Source: an uncultured Chloroflexia bacterium
Lineage (GTDB): Bacteria; Chloroflexota; Limnocylindria; Limnocylindrales; CSP1-4
Length of the DNA: 64,000 nucleotides
Direction of reading: 5' to 3'
NCBI GenBank assembly: GCA_963809595.1
Contig: CAWEKG010000002.1
Location: 800,391-864,390, forward strand
The first letter of the stretch is position 1, and each line of letters begins with the position of its first letter. Both the position numbers and the translations under genes were made by a program. This document shows positions 1 to 9,654 of the stretch, piece after piece. Below the pieces are notes generated by a model, which was not told where the DNA came from, did not search any database, and saw nothing but the letters and a program-made list of their open reading frames with translations.

Positions 1-2
1 TC

Positions 3-395
3 GTCGGCACGAACCATGTCTGGAGCGCAGCCCTGGGTCTGGATCGGGCGGTCGCCTGGTTCCCCTGCTCGCGGACCCGCGCCCCGGACATGGCCGTCTA
101 CCGCTGGGGCTGTGCCGGTTCCGGGAACGTCTACCTGTTGGCCCATGCCGGCGGGCCGTTCCGCAAGCTCCACGACCTGTACCTCCGGGGCGGCCTGCGC
201 CGGGGGATGAGCGTCACCTACGCGGACACCCACGGTCGGATCCATCGCTTCGCGGTGGCCTGGTGGCGGGTCGTCCTGCCGACCCGGGGGGAGTTCGCCT
301 ACGCCGCCCAGAGCCGCTCCTCGATGACCCTCCAGACCTGTGTCGGGGCCGGCGACCGGTATCGCCTGGTCGTCCGGCTCTACGAGACCCGCTGA
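3..395 (+). CDS. Sortase-like protein (class F-like), 5'-truncated by the window edge
   Basis: Frame is open from base 3. It has a sortase-like His-Cys-Arg arrangement: YLLAHAGGPF, TLQTC, RLVVR. Confidence 0.6.
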   Translation, partial: VGTNHVWSAALGLDRAVAWFPCSRTRAPDMAVYRWGCAGSGNVYLLAHAGGPFRKLHDLYLRGGLRRGMSVTYADTHGRIHRFAVAWWRVVLPTRGEFAYAAQSRSSMTLQTCVGAGDRYRLVVRLYETR

Positions 396-399
396 GCGG

Positions 400-1566
400 T
401 CAGACGACCCGCAGACCCAGGATCCGCCGGGCGATGACCAGCCGCTGGATCTGGCTGGTCCCCTCGCCGATCTCGGTCAGCTTGGCGTCGCGGAGGTAGC
501 GCTCCACCTTGTATTCCTCGACGTAGCCGTAGCCGCCGTGGACCTGGATGGCCGCGTTCGTGACTCGCGAGCTGACCTCCGACGCGAAGAGCTTGGCCTG
601 GGCCGCCTCGAGGCCGAAGTCGCGGCCCTGGTCCTTGAGCCAGGCGGCCTTCCGGACGAGACCACGGGCTGCCTCGATCTCGGTGGCCATGTCGGCGATG
701 AGGAAGGCGACCCCCTGGAACGTCCCGATCGGGCGGCCGAACTGCTCGCGCGTCCGGGCGTACGGGACCGCGGCGTCGAGGGCGGCCTGGGCCAGACCCA
801 CGGCCAGGGCGGCGACCGAGATCCGACCCCCGTCGAGGACCTTGAGGAAGGTCCGGAAGCCCTCGCCCTGGGTCCCCAGGAGGTTCGCCGCCGGGACCCG
901 GACGGCGTCGAAGAAAAGCTCCCCGGTGGCCGAGGCATGGAGACCCATCTTCTCCTCCAGCCGGCCGATGCTGAACCCGGGCATGTCCGCGCTGACGATG
1001 AAGGCGCTGATCTGGGCGTCGCCCCGGTCGCCGGTCCCGGTCCGGGCGGTGACGATGTACGTGCCGGCCTGACCGGCGTTGGTGATGAACCGCTTGCTGC
1101 CGTCGATGACCCACGAGCCGCCGTCGGGACCGGCCTCGAAGCGGGCCGTCGTCCGGGTCCCGCCGGCGTCGGATCCGGCTCCGGGCTCGGTCAGGCCGTA
1201 CCCGCCGATGACCTTGCCGGAGGCCATCGGGACGAGGTAGCGGGCCTTCTGCTCGGGGCTTCCGGCGATGTGGAGCGGGCCGCAGCCCAGGCTGGTGTGG
1301 GCCGCCACGATGAGCCCGAGCGAGCCCCAGACCCGGCCGATCTCCTCGATCGCGATGGCGTAGGCCAGGGTGTCCAGCCCGGCGCCTCCCTCGTCCTCGG
1401 GGATCGGGATGCCGAGCCAGCCCATCTCGCCCAGCCGGCGGACCACCTCGACCGGGAAGCGACGGGTCCGTTCGTGCTCGTCGACGACCGGCGCCACCTC
1501 GGCCGCCAGGTACTCGCGGATCGTGTCCCGAAGGAGGACATGCTCGGGCGAGAGGTCGAGGTCCAC
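400..1566 (-). CDS. Acyl-CoA dehydrogenase
   Basis: GTG start at 1566 (VDLDLSPEH). Family motifs GLTEPGAGSDAG, GSKRFITN, EKMGLHAS, QVHGGYGY, RDAKLTEIGEGT. Confidence 0.93.
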   Translation of the reverse strand: MDLDLSPEHVLLRDTIREYLAAEVAPVVDEHERTRRFPVEVVRRLGEMGWLGIPIPEDEGGAGLDTLAYAIAIEEIGRVWGSLGLIVAAHTSLGCGPLHIAGSPEQKARYLVPMASGKVIGGYGLTEPGAGSDAGGTRTTARFEAGPDGGSWVIDGSKRFITNAGQAGTYIVTARTGTGDRGDAQISAFIVSADMPGFSIGRLEEKMGLHASATGELFFDAVRVPAANLLGTQGEGFRTFLKVLDGGRISVAALAVGLAQAALDAAVPYARTREQFGRPIGTFQGVAFLIADMATEIEAARGLVRKAAWLKDQGRDFGLEAAQAKLFASEVSSRVTNAAIQVHGGYGYVEEYKVERYLRDAKLTEIGEGTSQIQRLVIARRILGLRVV

Positions 1567-1572
1567 CGCGGC

Positions 1573-1628
1573 AGGGTACACCCCGGCCCCCGGCCTCGAC
1601 AGCGTCGAAACGGGGCTGGTGCTAGCCT
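1573..1628. promoter_or_regulatory. Divergent leaderless promoter pair with central palindrome
   Basis: Minus strand TACCCT (1578-1573) lies 6 nt before GTG 1566. Plus strand TGcTAGCCT (1620-1628) lies 7 nt before ATG 1636. Palindrome TCGAC-agc-GTCGA at 1596-1608. Confidence 0.55.
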
Positions 1629-1635
1629 TCGGGCC

Positions 1636-2352
1636 ATGCCGGGAACCGAGCGTCCCCCCGATGTCCCCGCGGTCGACGTCGAGCCCGTCAACGGCTCGGG
1701 ATCGAACGGCCATCACGCCTCGCCCACCCTCCGTCGTGACATCGTGGTCCACTTGCGCCAGTCCGGACCGTCGTCACCAGACCAGCTGGCCGTCCAGCTC
1801 GGGGCCAGCCGGACGGGGGTGCTCCAGCAGCTCCGCGCGCTCGAGACCGCCTTCCTGGTGACCCGCCGGACCGAGCGTCACGGCGTCGGTCGGCCGCGTC
1901 ACCTGTACGACGTGACCGCGGAGGCCCAGGACCTCTTCCCCTCGAACTACGACGGCCTGGCCGCCGGGCTCCTGGCGGCCATCGAGGCGGTCGGCGGCGA
2001 CGACCTGCTCGAGGAGGTCTTCGCGGCCCGTCGACGACAGGCCGTGGGACGGATCCGCGAGCGGATGGCCGAGCGACTGGCCCCCGATGCCAGCCTGGCC
2101 GATCGGGTCCGCGAGCTGGCGGTCATCCAGGACGAGCAGGGCTACCTGTGCGCGACCGACGTCGACCCCGACGGGACGATCCGGCTGACCGAGCACAACT
2201 GCGCCATCTTCGGGGTCGCCAACGGGACGCCGGCCGCCTGCCAGGCCGAGCTCGACCTCTTCCGCGAGGTCCTCGGCGTGGAGGTCGTCCGGGACACCCA
2301 CATCGCGGCCGGTGATCGATGCTGCTCCTACCGGGTGGTCCGCCCGGACTGA
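1636..2352 (+). CDS. SufR-like / ArsR-type HTH regulator with C-terminal Cys cluster
   Basis: Winged HTH (LAVQLGASRTGVLQQLRALE, GRPRHLYDVT) plus C-terminal YLC, EHNCAI, AAC, RCC. Confidence 0.8.
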   Translation: MPGTERPPDVPAVDVEPVNGSGSNGHHASPTLRRDIVVHLRQSGPSSPDQLAVQLGASRTGVLQQLRALETAFLVTRRTERHGVGRPRHLYDVTAEAQDLFPSNYDGLAAGLLAAIEAVGGDDLLEEVFAARRRQAVGRIRERMAERLAPDASLADRVRELAVIQDEQGYLCATDVDPDGTIRLTEHNCAIFGVANGTPAACQAELDLFREVLGVEVVRDTHIAAGDRCCSYRVVRPD

Positions 2353-2394
2353 GCCCCCGGGGCCGGCTCGGGTGGGCGGCCCCGATCCGGAGGC

Positions 2395-3444
2395 CTACGC
2401 CTCCTCGCGCTCCACGGCGACCCGCGACGCCGGCGCCACGAGCGGCCGCGGGACGTCGCTGACGTTGCGCACGAAGGACGCCGCGAGGCTGGTCTCGGCG
2501 ACCCGCTGCTGGTCCTCGAGCGACAGGATGCCCAGCCGACCGAGGGTGGCCAGCTCGTCGCGGATGTACGTCTTGAGCATCTCCGGACCGTCCGTGTTGA
2601 TCGTGAAGCGGACCCCGTTGCGCCGGAACTGGTCGAAGATCCAGCGGAACTCCTCCCAGCCCGAGACCACCCGGGTGTTGAGGTTCGAGGTCGGGCAGAT
2701 CTCCAGGACGATGCCCCGATCGGCCAGCATCGCCATCGCCCGGGGGTCGTAGGCGGCCTTGACGCCGTGCCCGATCCGGTCCGGCTCGAGCAGCTCGATG
2801 ACCCGGGCGACCTCCTCGACCGGGCCCGACTCGCCGGTGTGGACGGTCAGCCCCAGGCCGAACTGGCGGGCCCGACGGAAGAGCCGGCGGTAGTCGGCCA
2901 CCCGGAAGGTGGTCGACTCGGGTCCGGCGATGTCGACCCCCACCACGCCGCGGTCGCGCCAGGAGATCGCCTTCTCGACGAGGATCTCGTTGAGCTCGAA
3001 GGGAAAGGCCCGGTCGAGGCAGAAGATCAGGCCCGGCCTGACCGGGTATTCGAGGGTCGCCTTGTCCATCCCGCGGAGGGCCGCCGCGATGATGTGGTCG
3101 AGGTCCTGCTCGCCGCCCCGGTTCCGCTTCATCGGGTTGAAGCGGAGCTCCGTGGTGGTCACGTTGTTCTTGCGGTAGGCGCCGCCGATGACCTCGTAGA
3201 CCGCCCGCTCGACCGCCAGCGGGCTGGACTGGATGAGCTCGGTCCAGTGGAACAGCTGGAGGTAGCCGTCGAAGCTCCGCGCCCGGCGGGGCGAGACGGT
3301 GATGAGGTCGCGGAACTCCCAGTAGTCCTTGGTCGGGAGCTTGATCCCCTGGCTGTGGGCGATCCCCCACATGATCGCGGGGGTCACCGCGCCGCCGAGG
3401 TGGCAGTGGAGCTCGGCGAGGGGTATCTTCCGCGACAGGGGCAT
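2395..3444 (-). CDS. add: Adenosine deaminase
   Basis: ELHCHLGG, TVHTGE, RIGHG, ICPTSN, INTDGP metal-site motifs; ATG at 3444. Confidence 0.88.
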   Translation of the reverse strand: MPLSRKIPLAELHCHLGGAVTPAIMWGIAHSQGIKLPTKDYWEFRDLITVSPRRARSFDGYLQLFHWTELIQSSPLAVERAVYEVIGGAYRKNNVTTTELRFNPMKRNRGGEQDLDHIIAAALRGMDKATLEYPVRPGLIFCLDRAFPFELNEILVEKAISWRDRGVVGVDIAGPESTTFRVADYRRLFRRARQFGLGLTVHTGESGPVEEVARVIELLEPDRIGHGVKAAYDPRAMAMLADRGIVLEICPTSNLNTRVVSGWEEFRWIFDQFRRNGVRFTINTDGPEMLKTYIRDELATLGRLGILSLEDQQRVAETSLAASFVRNVSDVPRPLVAPASRVAVEREEA

Positions 3445-3573
3445 GCCGCGAGGATACCCGATGGCGGGTGACGAACGGCACTGTCCGCCCGGGTCCGGCC
3501 CGGCCGACCATTCGGCGTCTGGGGTCCGGGGCCCGCGACGATCGCCGATCGTCGGCAAGGAGGAGACACGACG

Positions 3574-4500
3574 ATGATCATCACCACACGACGTCTCGCC
3601 GGCCTGGCCGGTGCGGCGCTCTTCGTCCTGGGCGCCTGCTCGACCGGCACCGCGAGCACGGCTCCCTCGGCCGCGCCGTCGGTGGCCGCCTCGGTCGCTC
3701 CGTCGACCGCTCCGTCCGAGGCCGCCTCGGTCGCTCCGTCGGCTCCGGCGATCGTGGTGCCGGCCGCCATCACCGCCGCCGGCAAGCTGGTCTGGTGCAG
3801 CGACGTCAGCTACGCGCCGGAGGAATTCTTCAAGCCCGACGGGACCACGCCGCAGGGCTCCGACGTCGACATCGCCACCGACATCGCGAAGCGCTTCGGG
3901 GTGACCGCTGAGATCGACAACACCGGCTTCGACGGGATCATCCCGGCGCTGACCGCCAAGAAGTGCGACCTCATCATCAGCGGGATGAACGACACGCCGG
4001 CGCGCCGGGCGCAGGTCGACTTCGTCGACTACCTCAAGGTCGGCCAGGGCCTCCTCGTCCCGGCCGGCAACCCCAAGGGCATCAAGACCCTCGAGGACCT
4101 GTCGGGCAAGACCGTCGCCGTTCAGTTGGGGACGACGAACAAGGACGCCCTCGACGCCGCGAACGTGAAGCTCGCCTCGGCCGGCAAGCCCCCGATCGAG
4201 ATCCAGACCTTCCAGCAGGACACCGACGCCTTCCAGCAGCTGAAGCTCGGCCGGGTCGACGCCTACTCGACCGACTCGCCGGTGGTGGCCTACTACAACG
4301 CCCTTCCCGAGAACGCCGGCAAGTTCGAGGTCGGTGGCACGCCGATCGACCCGATCTTGATCGGGATCGCCGTCCGCAAGTCGGATACCGAGCTGAAGGC
4401 GGCCGTCCAGGCGGCCATCGATGCGATGTACGCCGACGGGACGATGAAGACGATCGTCGACGCCTGGGGCATGACCAACGCGGTGGTCCTGCTCAAGTAA
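3574..4500 (+). CDS. Polar amino-acid ABC transporter substrate-binding lipoprotein
   Basis: Lipobox LGAC, S/A/P linker, SBP family 3 motifs (FDGIIPAL, DLIISGM, VAVQLGTT); SD AAGGAGG. Confidence 0.92.
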   Translation: MIITTRRLAGLAGAALFVLGACSTGTASTAPSAAPSVAASVAPSTAPSEAASVAPSAPAIVVPAAITAAGKLVWCSDVSYAPEEFFKPDGTTPQGSDVDIATDIAKRFGVTAEIDNTGFDGIIPALTAKKCDLIISGMNDTPARRAQVDFVDYLKVGQGLLVPAGNPKGIKTLEDLSGKTVAVQLGTTNKDALDAANVKLASAGKPPIEIQTFQQDTDAFQQLKLGRVDAYSTDSPVVAYYNALPENAGKFEVGGTPIDPILIGIAVRKSDTELKAAVQAAIDAMYADGTMKTIVDAWGMTNAVVLLK

Positions 4501-4573
4501 CAGCGACTCGTGAAGGCGGAGGGCGCCGTCGACCGGCACCCTCCGCGTCGTCCCACGTAGCGCGAGCTGGCCC

Positions 4574-5422
4574 GTGAACCACGACGCGTTCCTGGCGGTC
4601 CAGAGCCTGCAGTTCCAGTTCGACCTGAACTTCTTCCTCGACTTCGTCTTCAACCCCAAGCCCGCCCTCATCGGCGGGATGGTGATCACCATCTACGTGG
4701 CCGTGATCGCCCAGATCATGGGGGTGATCCTGGGCATCCTCTCGGCCCTGGCCGGGATGTCGAAGAACCGCGCCCTTCGGGCGATCAGCGGGGTCTACGT
4801 CTGGTTCTTCCGGGGCACGCCGGTCCTCGTCCAGATCTTCCTGGTCTACTTCGGCACGCCGTACCTGTTCGGGGGGGTCGACCTCTTCCCCAACCATATC
4901 CTGATCGGACCCCTGGACCTCCACGGCGCGATCATGGCCGGCCTCGTCGCGCTGGGGATCAACGAGGGGGCGTACATGAGCGAGATCGTCCGGGCCGGCA
5001 TCCTGTCGGTCGACCCGGGCCAGACCGAGGCGGCGAAGTCGCTGGGGATGACCTACCGGCTGACGATGAGCCGGATCGTCCTCCCCCAGGCCCTGCGAGT
5101 GATCGTCCCGCCGCTCGGCAACGAGTTCAACAACATGATCAAGACGACCTCGCTCCTCAGCGTCATCGCGGTCGGTGACATGTTCCGGTTCGCCCAGGCC
5201 GTGAACTCGTCGACGTTCCACTCGTTCGAGGCGTATTTCGGTATCGCCCTCTATTACCTCCTCCTGACGACGATCTGGAGCTGGATCCAGAGCCGGATCG
5301 AGCGTCGTCTCGGCGAGAGCACCCGGGGCGAGGAGCAGACCTCGTTCTGGGGACGGCTGACGGGCTTCGGCCGGAAGGCGGTCCCTCCCGAGGACGCGAC
5401 CGGCGTGGGGTTCCACGAATGA
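4574..5422 (+). CDS. Amino-acid ABC transporter permease
   Basis: [20 protein letters not shown] and EAA loop ([11 protein letters not shown]). Confidence 0.93.
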   Translation: MNHDAFLAVQSLQFQFDLNFFLDFVFNPKPALIGGMVITIYVAVIAQIMGVILGILSALAGMSKNRALRAISGVYVWFFRGTPVLVQIFLVYFGTPYLFGGVDLFPNHILIGPLDLHGAIMAGLVALGINEGAYMSEIVRAGILSVDPGQTEAAKSLGMTYRLTMSRIVLPQALRVIVPPLGNEFNNMIKTTSLLSVIAVGDMFRFAQAVNSSTFHSFEAYFGIALYYLLLTTIWSWIQSRIERRLGESTRGEEQTSFWGRLTGFGRKAVPPEDATGVGFHE

Positions 5423-6243
5423 GCGCCGGCGTGCCCGTCCCGACTCTCCTCGACGCGATCGGCGGCGTCCCGCGCCCGACCGGGGACATCGTGGTGGACG
5501 CCCGCGACGTCGAGAAGTGGTTCGGCAAGCTCCACGTCCTCAAGGGCGTCTCGATGGAGGTGAAGCGCCAGGAGGTCGTCGTGATCATCGGTGCCTCGGG
5601 CTCGGGCAAGACGACCTTCATCCGCTGCATCAACCACCTCGAGCGGATCCAGAAGGGTCGCATCTTCGTGAACGGCCACCTCATCGGCTACCGCGAGGAG
5701 AACGGCAAGCTGGTCGAGGACAAGGAGCAGAACATCGCCAAGCAGCGCGAGGACATCGGGATGGTGTTCCAGCGCTTCAATCTCTTCCCCCACATGACCG
5801 CCCTGGAGAACGTGGTCGAGGCGCCGATCCGGGTCCGGGGCGTGCCCCGGGACGAGGCCGTCCGGATCGGCAAGGCGCTCCTCGAGCGGGTCGGGCTGGG
5901 TCTCAAGAACGACACCTATCCGGGCAAGCTCTCCGGCGGCCAGCAGCAGCGGGTGGCGATCGCCCGGGCCCTGGCCATGAAGCCGGCCCTGATGCTCTTC
6001 GACGAGCCGACCTCGGCACTCGACCCGGAGATGATCGGCGAGGTCCTCGAGGTCATGAAGGAGCTCGCCCGCGAGGGGATGACGATGATCGTCGTGAGCC
6101 ACGAGATGGGCTTCGCCAGGGAGGTCGCCGACCGGGTCCTCATGATGGACGACGGCCGGATCATCGAGGAAGGGACGCCCGAGCACTTCTTCACCAACCC
6201 GACCCACGAGCGGACGAAGAACTTCCTCTCGAAGATCCTCTAG
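5419..6243 (+). CDS. Amino-acid ABC transporter ATP-binding protein (GlnQ-like)
   Basis: [35 protein letters not shown]; ATGA overlap with the permease. Confidence 0.95.
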   Translation: MSAGVPVPTLLDAIGGVPRPTGDIVVDARDVEKWFGKLHVLKGVSMEVKRQEVVVIIGASGSGKTTFIRCINHLERIQKGRIFVNGHLIGYREENGKLVEDKEQNIAKQREDIGMVFQRFNLFPHMTALENVVEAPIRVRGVPRDEAVRIGKALLERVGLGLKNDTYPGKLSGGQQQRVAIARALAMKPALMLFDEPTSALDPEMIGEVLEVMKELAREGMTMIVVSHEMGFAREVADRVLMMDDGRIIEEGTPEHFFTNPTHERTKNFLSKIL

Positions 6244-6288
6244 GCCCAGTCCCGGGGCGGCGAGCGACCCGGACCCGCCCTCAGGCGA

Positions 6289-7362
6289 TCAGCCGGCGAG
6301 CGACCCGGGTACGACCCGACCCTCGGCGTCGATCGTCGCCTGGCGGCGGAGGCGCCTGAGCTCGGCGCCGGGGACCTGGTCCCGGGCGTGGTAGCTGGAG
6401 CGGACGAGCGGCCCCGACTCGACATGCCGGAACCCGAGCGCCAGGGCCTCCGCCTTCATCTCGGCGAACTCGTCGGGGTGGACGTAGCGGATCACGGGCA
6501 GGTGCTCGGGCGAAGGCCGCAGGTACTGGCCGATGGTGAGGATGTCGCAGTCGACCGCGCGCAGGTCGCGGAACGTCTGCGAGAGCTCAGGGCGCTCCTC
6601 GCCGAGACCCACCATCAGGCTCGACTTCGTGTGGACCGTCCAGCCGTCGGCGGCGGCGAACGTCTTCGCCCGCTCGAGCACGCCCAGCGAGCGCCCGTAG
6701 CGGGCCCGCTTGCGGACCGGCTTCTGGAGCCGCTCCACGGTCTCGACGTTGTGGTTGAGGATGTCGGGGCGGGCGTCCATGACCGTCCGGAGCGGCCCGT
6801 CGCTGCCGTCGAAGTCCGGGATGAGGACCTCGACGCCCATCCCCGGGCACGCGTCGCGGAGTCGGCGGATCGTCTCGGCGAAGACCCCGGCCCCGCCGTC
6901 GGGCAGGTCGTCCCGGGCGACCGAGGTGATGACGACGTGGTCGAGGCCGAGTTGGGCCACCGCCTCGGCGACCCGGCGCGGCTCGTCGTCGTCGAACCAG
7001 GTGGGTCGGCCGGTCTTGACCGCGCAGAAGCCGCAGGCCCGGGTGCAGGTGTCGCCCAGGATCATGATCGTGGCGGTCCGCTGGTCCCAGCACTCCGACA
7101 CGTTCGGGCAATGGGCTTCCTCGCAGACGGTGTTGAGGGTCAGCCCGCGGAGCAGACCCTTGAGGTCGTGGTAGGCCTCGCCCGAGGGGATCCGGGCCCG
7201 GATCCAGTCGGGATGGCGACGGAGCGGGAGCGACCCGTCGGCGGCCGGCTCGCTGAACGAGCCGCCGCTCAGAGCGATGGTCGACGGGAGGCCGGAGCGG
7301 TCTGCGTGGCCGTGGCCCGAAGGGTCGTCCGGCGGGCTGAACATCGGGAGCTCGCGGGTCAT
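6289..7362 (-). CDS. lipA: Lipoyl synthase
   Basis: CEEAHCPNVSEC, CTRACGFC and C-terminal RSSY; ATG at 7362. Confidence 0.95.
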   Translation of the reverse strand: MTRELPMFSPPDDPSGHGHADRSGLPSTIALSGGSFSEPAADGSLPLRRHPDWIRARIPSGEAYHDLKGLLRGLTLNTVCEEAHCPNVSECWDQRTATIMILGDTCTRACGFCAVKTGRPTWFDDDEPRRVAEAVAQLGLDHVVITSVARDDLPDGGAGVFAETIRRLRDACPGMGVEVLIPDFDGSDGPLRTVMDARPDILNHNVETVERLQKPVRKRARYGRSLGVLERAKTFAAADGWTVHTKSSLMVGLGEERPELSQTFRDLRAVDCDILTIGQYLRPSPEHLPVIRYVHPDEFAEMKAEALALGFRHVESGPLVRSSYHARDQVPGAELRRLRRQATIDAEGRVVPGSLAG

Positions 7363-7382
7363 GGCCGGGAGTGTACGCGGGG

Positions 7383-7946
7383 CTAGGGTGCCACGCTGCC
7401 GCCGGGCGAGGCGGGCCCGGCCGGGACGCCGCTCCCGCTCGGGGCGTCGCTGCCGGGCGGGCTGGGCGGGTCGCTGGGACCGGGCGTGATGGCCGGATCG
7501 ATGGTCACCGGCCGGACCGCGGTCTGGAAGACGGTCGGCCCGCTGGGCCACAACCCGATGAGCACCAGGTACCACTGCGGGCTGGCCTCCAGGGCCGCTC
7601 GCCGGGTCGCGTCGAGCCGCCCGAACCCGAGAGCGGTCACCAGCCCGTGGCTCGAGTCCTTCCGGCCGTACGACTGGCAGCTCTCGTCGAGCTGGATCGT
7701 GCCGGCGTCGGCCAGATCCGAGGCGGTCTTCGTCGGCGCGACCGGGCAGAGGTAGACGATCGTCGTCGCCGGGTTCCAGGTCGGCGCCTCGACCGTGAGG
7801 CCGTCGGGACGCGTCCCGACGATGACCTGGGTGGCGCCGGGCTCGCTGACCGCCTGGAGCTGCGCCTCGCAGCCGGTGGCGACGAACGTCGCGGCCGCGA
7901 GCAGGGCGACGATCGCGACCCGGGAACAGGCCCGCCGGTCGGTCAC
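7383..7946 (-). CDS. Hypothetical lipoprotein with Pro/Ser-rich tail
   Basis: Hydrophobic N-terminus ending ATGC; coding-like codon usage; no recognised family. Confidence 0.6.
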   Translation of the reverse strand: MTDRRACSRVAIVALLAAATFVATGCEAQLQAVSEPGATQVIVGTRPDGLTVEAPTWNPATTIVYLCPVAPTKTASDLADAGTIQLDESCQSYGRKDSSHGLVTALGFGRLDATRRAALEASPQWYLVLIGLWPSGPTVFQTAVRPVTIDPAITPGPSDPPSPPGSDAPSGSGVPAGPASPGGSVAP

Positions 7947-7983
7947 ACCGCCTCGGTCGGGGGGTACCGCATCCGATCCCGTG

Positions 7984-9354
7984 TCAATAGAGCGGCGTCT
8001 CCGGACCGACCGCCTCGAGCCAGGCCTTCACGTCGCGCAGGAACGCCGCCCCGCCCGCCCCGTCGTTGGCCCGATGGTCGATCCCCAGGACCATGTTCAT
8101 GATCGAGCGGATGGCCAGCACGTCGCCCTGGGGCGTCTCGACCACGACCGGGCGCTTGGCGATCGCCTCCATCGTGAGGATGGCGACCTCGGGGACGTTG
8201 ATGATCGGCATCGTCAGGTTGGAGCCGAGCCAGCCGGTGTTGTCGACGGTGAACGTGCCGCCCCCGAAGTCGTCGAGCCGGAGCTTGTTGGCCCGGGCCC
8301 GGGCGGCGACCTCGGCGATGGCCCGGTTCAGGCCGCTGATCGAGAGTTGGTCGACATCGCGGACGACCGGGACGATGAGCCCCTCGTCGACGGCCACGGC
8401 CACCCCCACGTTGATCCGGCGCTTGGCCAGCAGGCCGGCCTCCGTCCAGTGGGCGTTGAAGGCGGGGAAGCGCTTGAGCGCCTCGACGGAGGCCTTCACG
8501 ACGAACGGGACATAGCTCAGGGAGAGACCCTCGCGGGCCTGGAAGTCGCGCTTCTGCGACTCGCGAAGCCGGACGAGCGAGGTGACGTCCACCTCCATGT
8601 GGACGTAGGCGTGGGGCACGGCCAGGGCCCGGGTCATCTGGGCGGAGATGCCCCGGCGCATCTGGGTCATCGGGACGAGGACCTCGTCCGCCCCCACCGG
8701 GAAGACGATCGTCGAGTCACGGCCGGCGCCGGTGGCCGGAGCCGGATGCGTGCCGCCCAGCGGGGCCGGCGACATCGGGACCGCGACCGTTGCGCCGCCG
8801 GCCGCCGCCGGCGCAACGCCCGGCGACTGGCTGCCGACCGGGCGGCCGGTCCGGACCGCCTCGACGTGGTCGATGACGTCCTCGCGGGTGATCCGCCCAC
8901 CGCCACCGGTCCCGACGATCATCTCGGCGGTCAGCCCGTGCTCGCGAAGGAGGCGCCGGACGGCCGGGGTCATCCGGGCGTCGGCCCGGCCGGGAGGCGG
9001 TCCCGCGAGCCCGGCCGCGGCCGGGGACACCGCCGCCGGGGCGGGTCGCTCGTCTGAGCCCGCCGGCCCGTTCGCCGGCTCGACGGCAGAACGGTCGGCG
9101 AGCGGGGCGGCTTCGTCGTCCACGGCGTCGATGACCGCGATCTCCGCGTTGTTCGGGACCGTCTCGCCCTCCTGGACGAGGATCTCGGTCAGGGTGCCCT
9201 CGAACGGCGAGGGGACCTCGGCGTTGACCTTGTCGGTGATGACCTCGAGCAGCGGCTCGTACTTGGCGACGTGGTCGCCCGGCTTCTTGAGCCACTTGCC
9301 GATCGTGCCCTCTGCCACGCTCTCGCCGAGCTGAGGCATCGTCACCTTCGCCAC
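7984..9354 (-). CDS. bkdB: 2-oxoacid dehydrogenase E2 (dihydrolipoamide acyltransferase)
   Basis: Lipoyl domain (TDKVNAEVPS), E3-binding domain (TPAVRRLLREHG, GTGGGGRIT), catalytic DHRANDG. Confidence 0.9.
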   Translation of the reverse strand: MAKVTMPQLGESVAEGTIGKWLKKPGDHVAKYEPLLEVITDKVNAEVPSPFEGTLTEILVQEGETVPNNAEIAVIDAVDDEAAPLADRSAVEPANGPAGSDERPAPAAVSPAAAGLAGPPPGRADARMTPAVRRLLREHGLTAEMIVGTGGGGRITREDVIDHVEAVRTGRPVGSQSPGVAPAAAGGATVAVPMSPAPLGGTHPAPATGAGRDSTIVFPVGADEVLVPMTQMRRGISAQMTRALAVPHAYVHMEVDVTSLVRLRESQKRDFQAREGLSLSYVPFVVKASVEALKRFPAFNAHWTEAGLLAKRRINVGVAVAVDEGLIVPVVRDVDQLSISGLNRAIAEVAARARANKLRLDDFGGGTFTVDNTGWLGSNLTMPIINVPEVAILTMEAIAKRPVVVETPQGDVLAIRSIMNMVLGIDHRANDGAGGAAFLRDVKAWLEAVGPETPLY

Positions 9355-9654
9355 GGGTTTCGTTCCTCCTCCGAGGTCAGCTGGGGCGCTGCCCGTCCGC
9401 GTTCCTGACGCTATCTTCGTTCATCTGGGACAATGCGGTCACGCGGACGTGGCCGCCCCCGTTGCCCGGGAACACCGGGGTCGCCGCCTCCAACCCGCGC
9501 GGACCTCACCGGATGCCATCCCGGGCGCCGTCTTCGACAGTACGTCGGGTCGACCGGTAGAGGGACGTTCGCGGGATCGTGCGGGCCGTCGCATCGTCCC
9601 ATGCTCGGGCTGCCCGCAACGTCCAGCCCACGCGTACCTGCGGAGAGCCTTATC

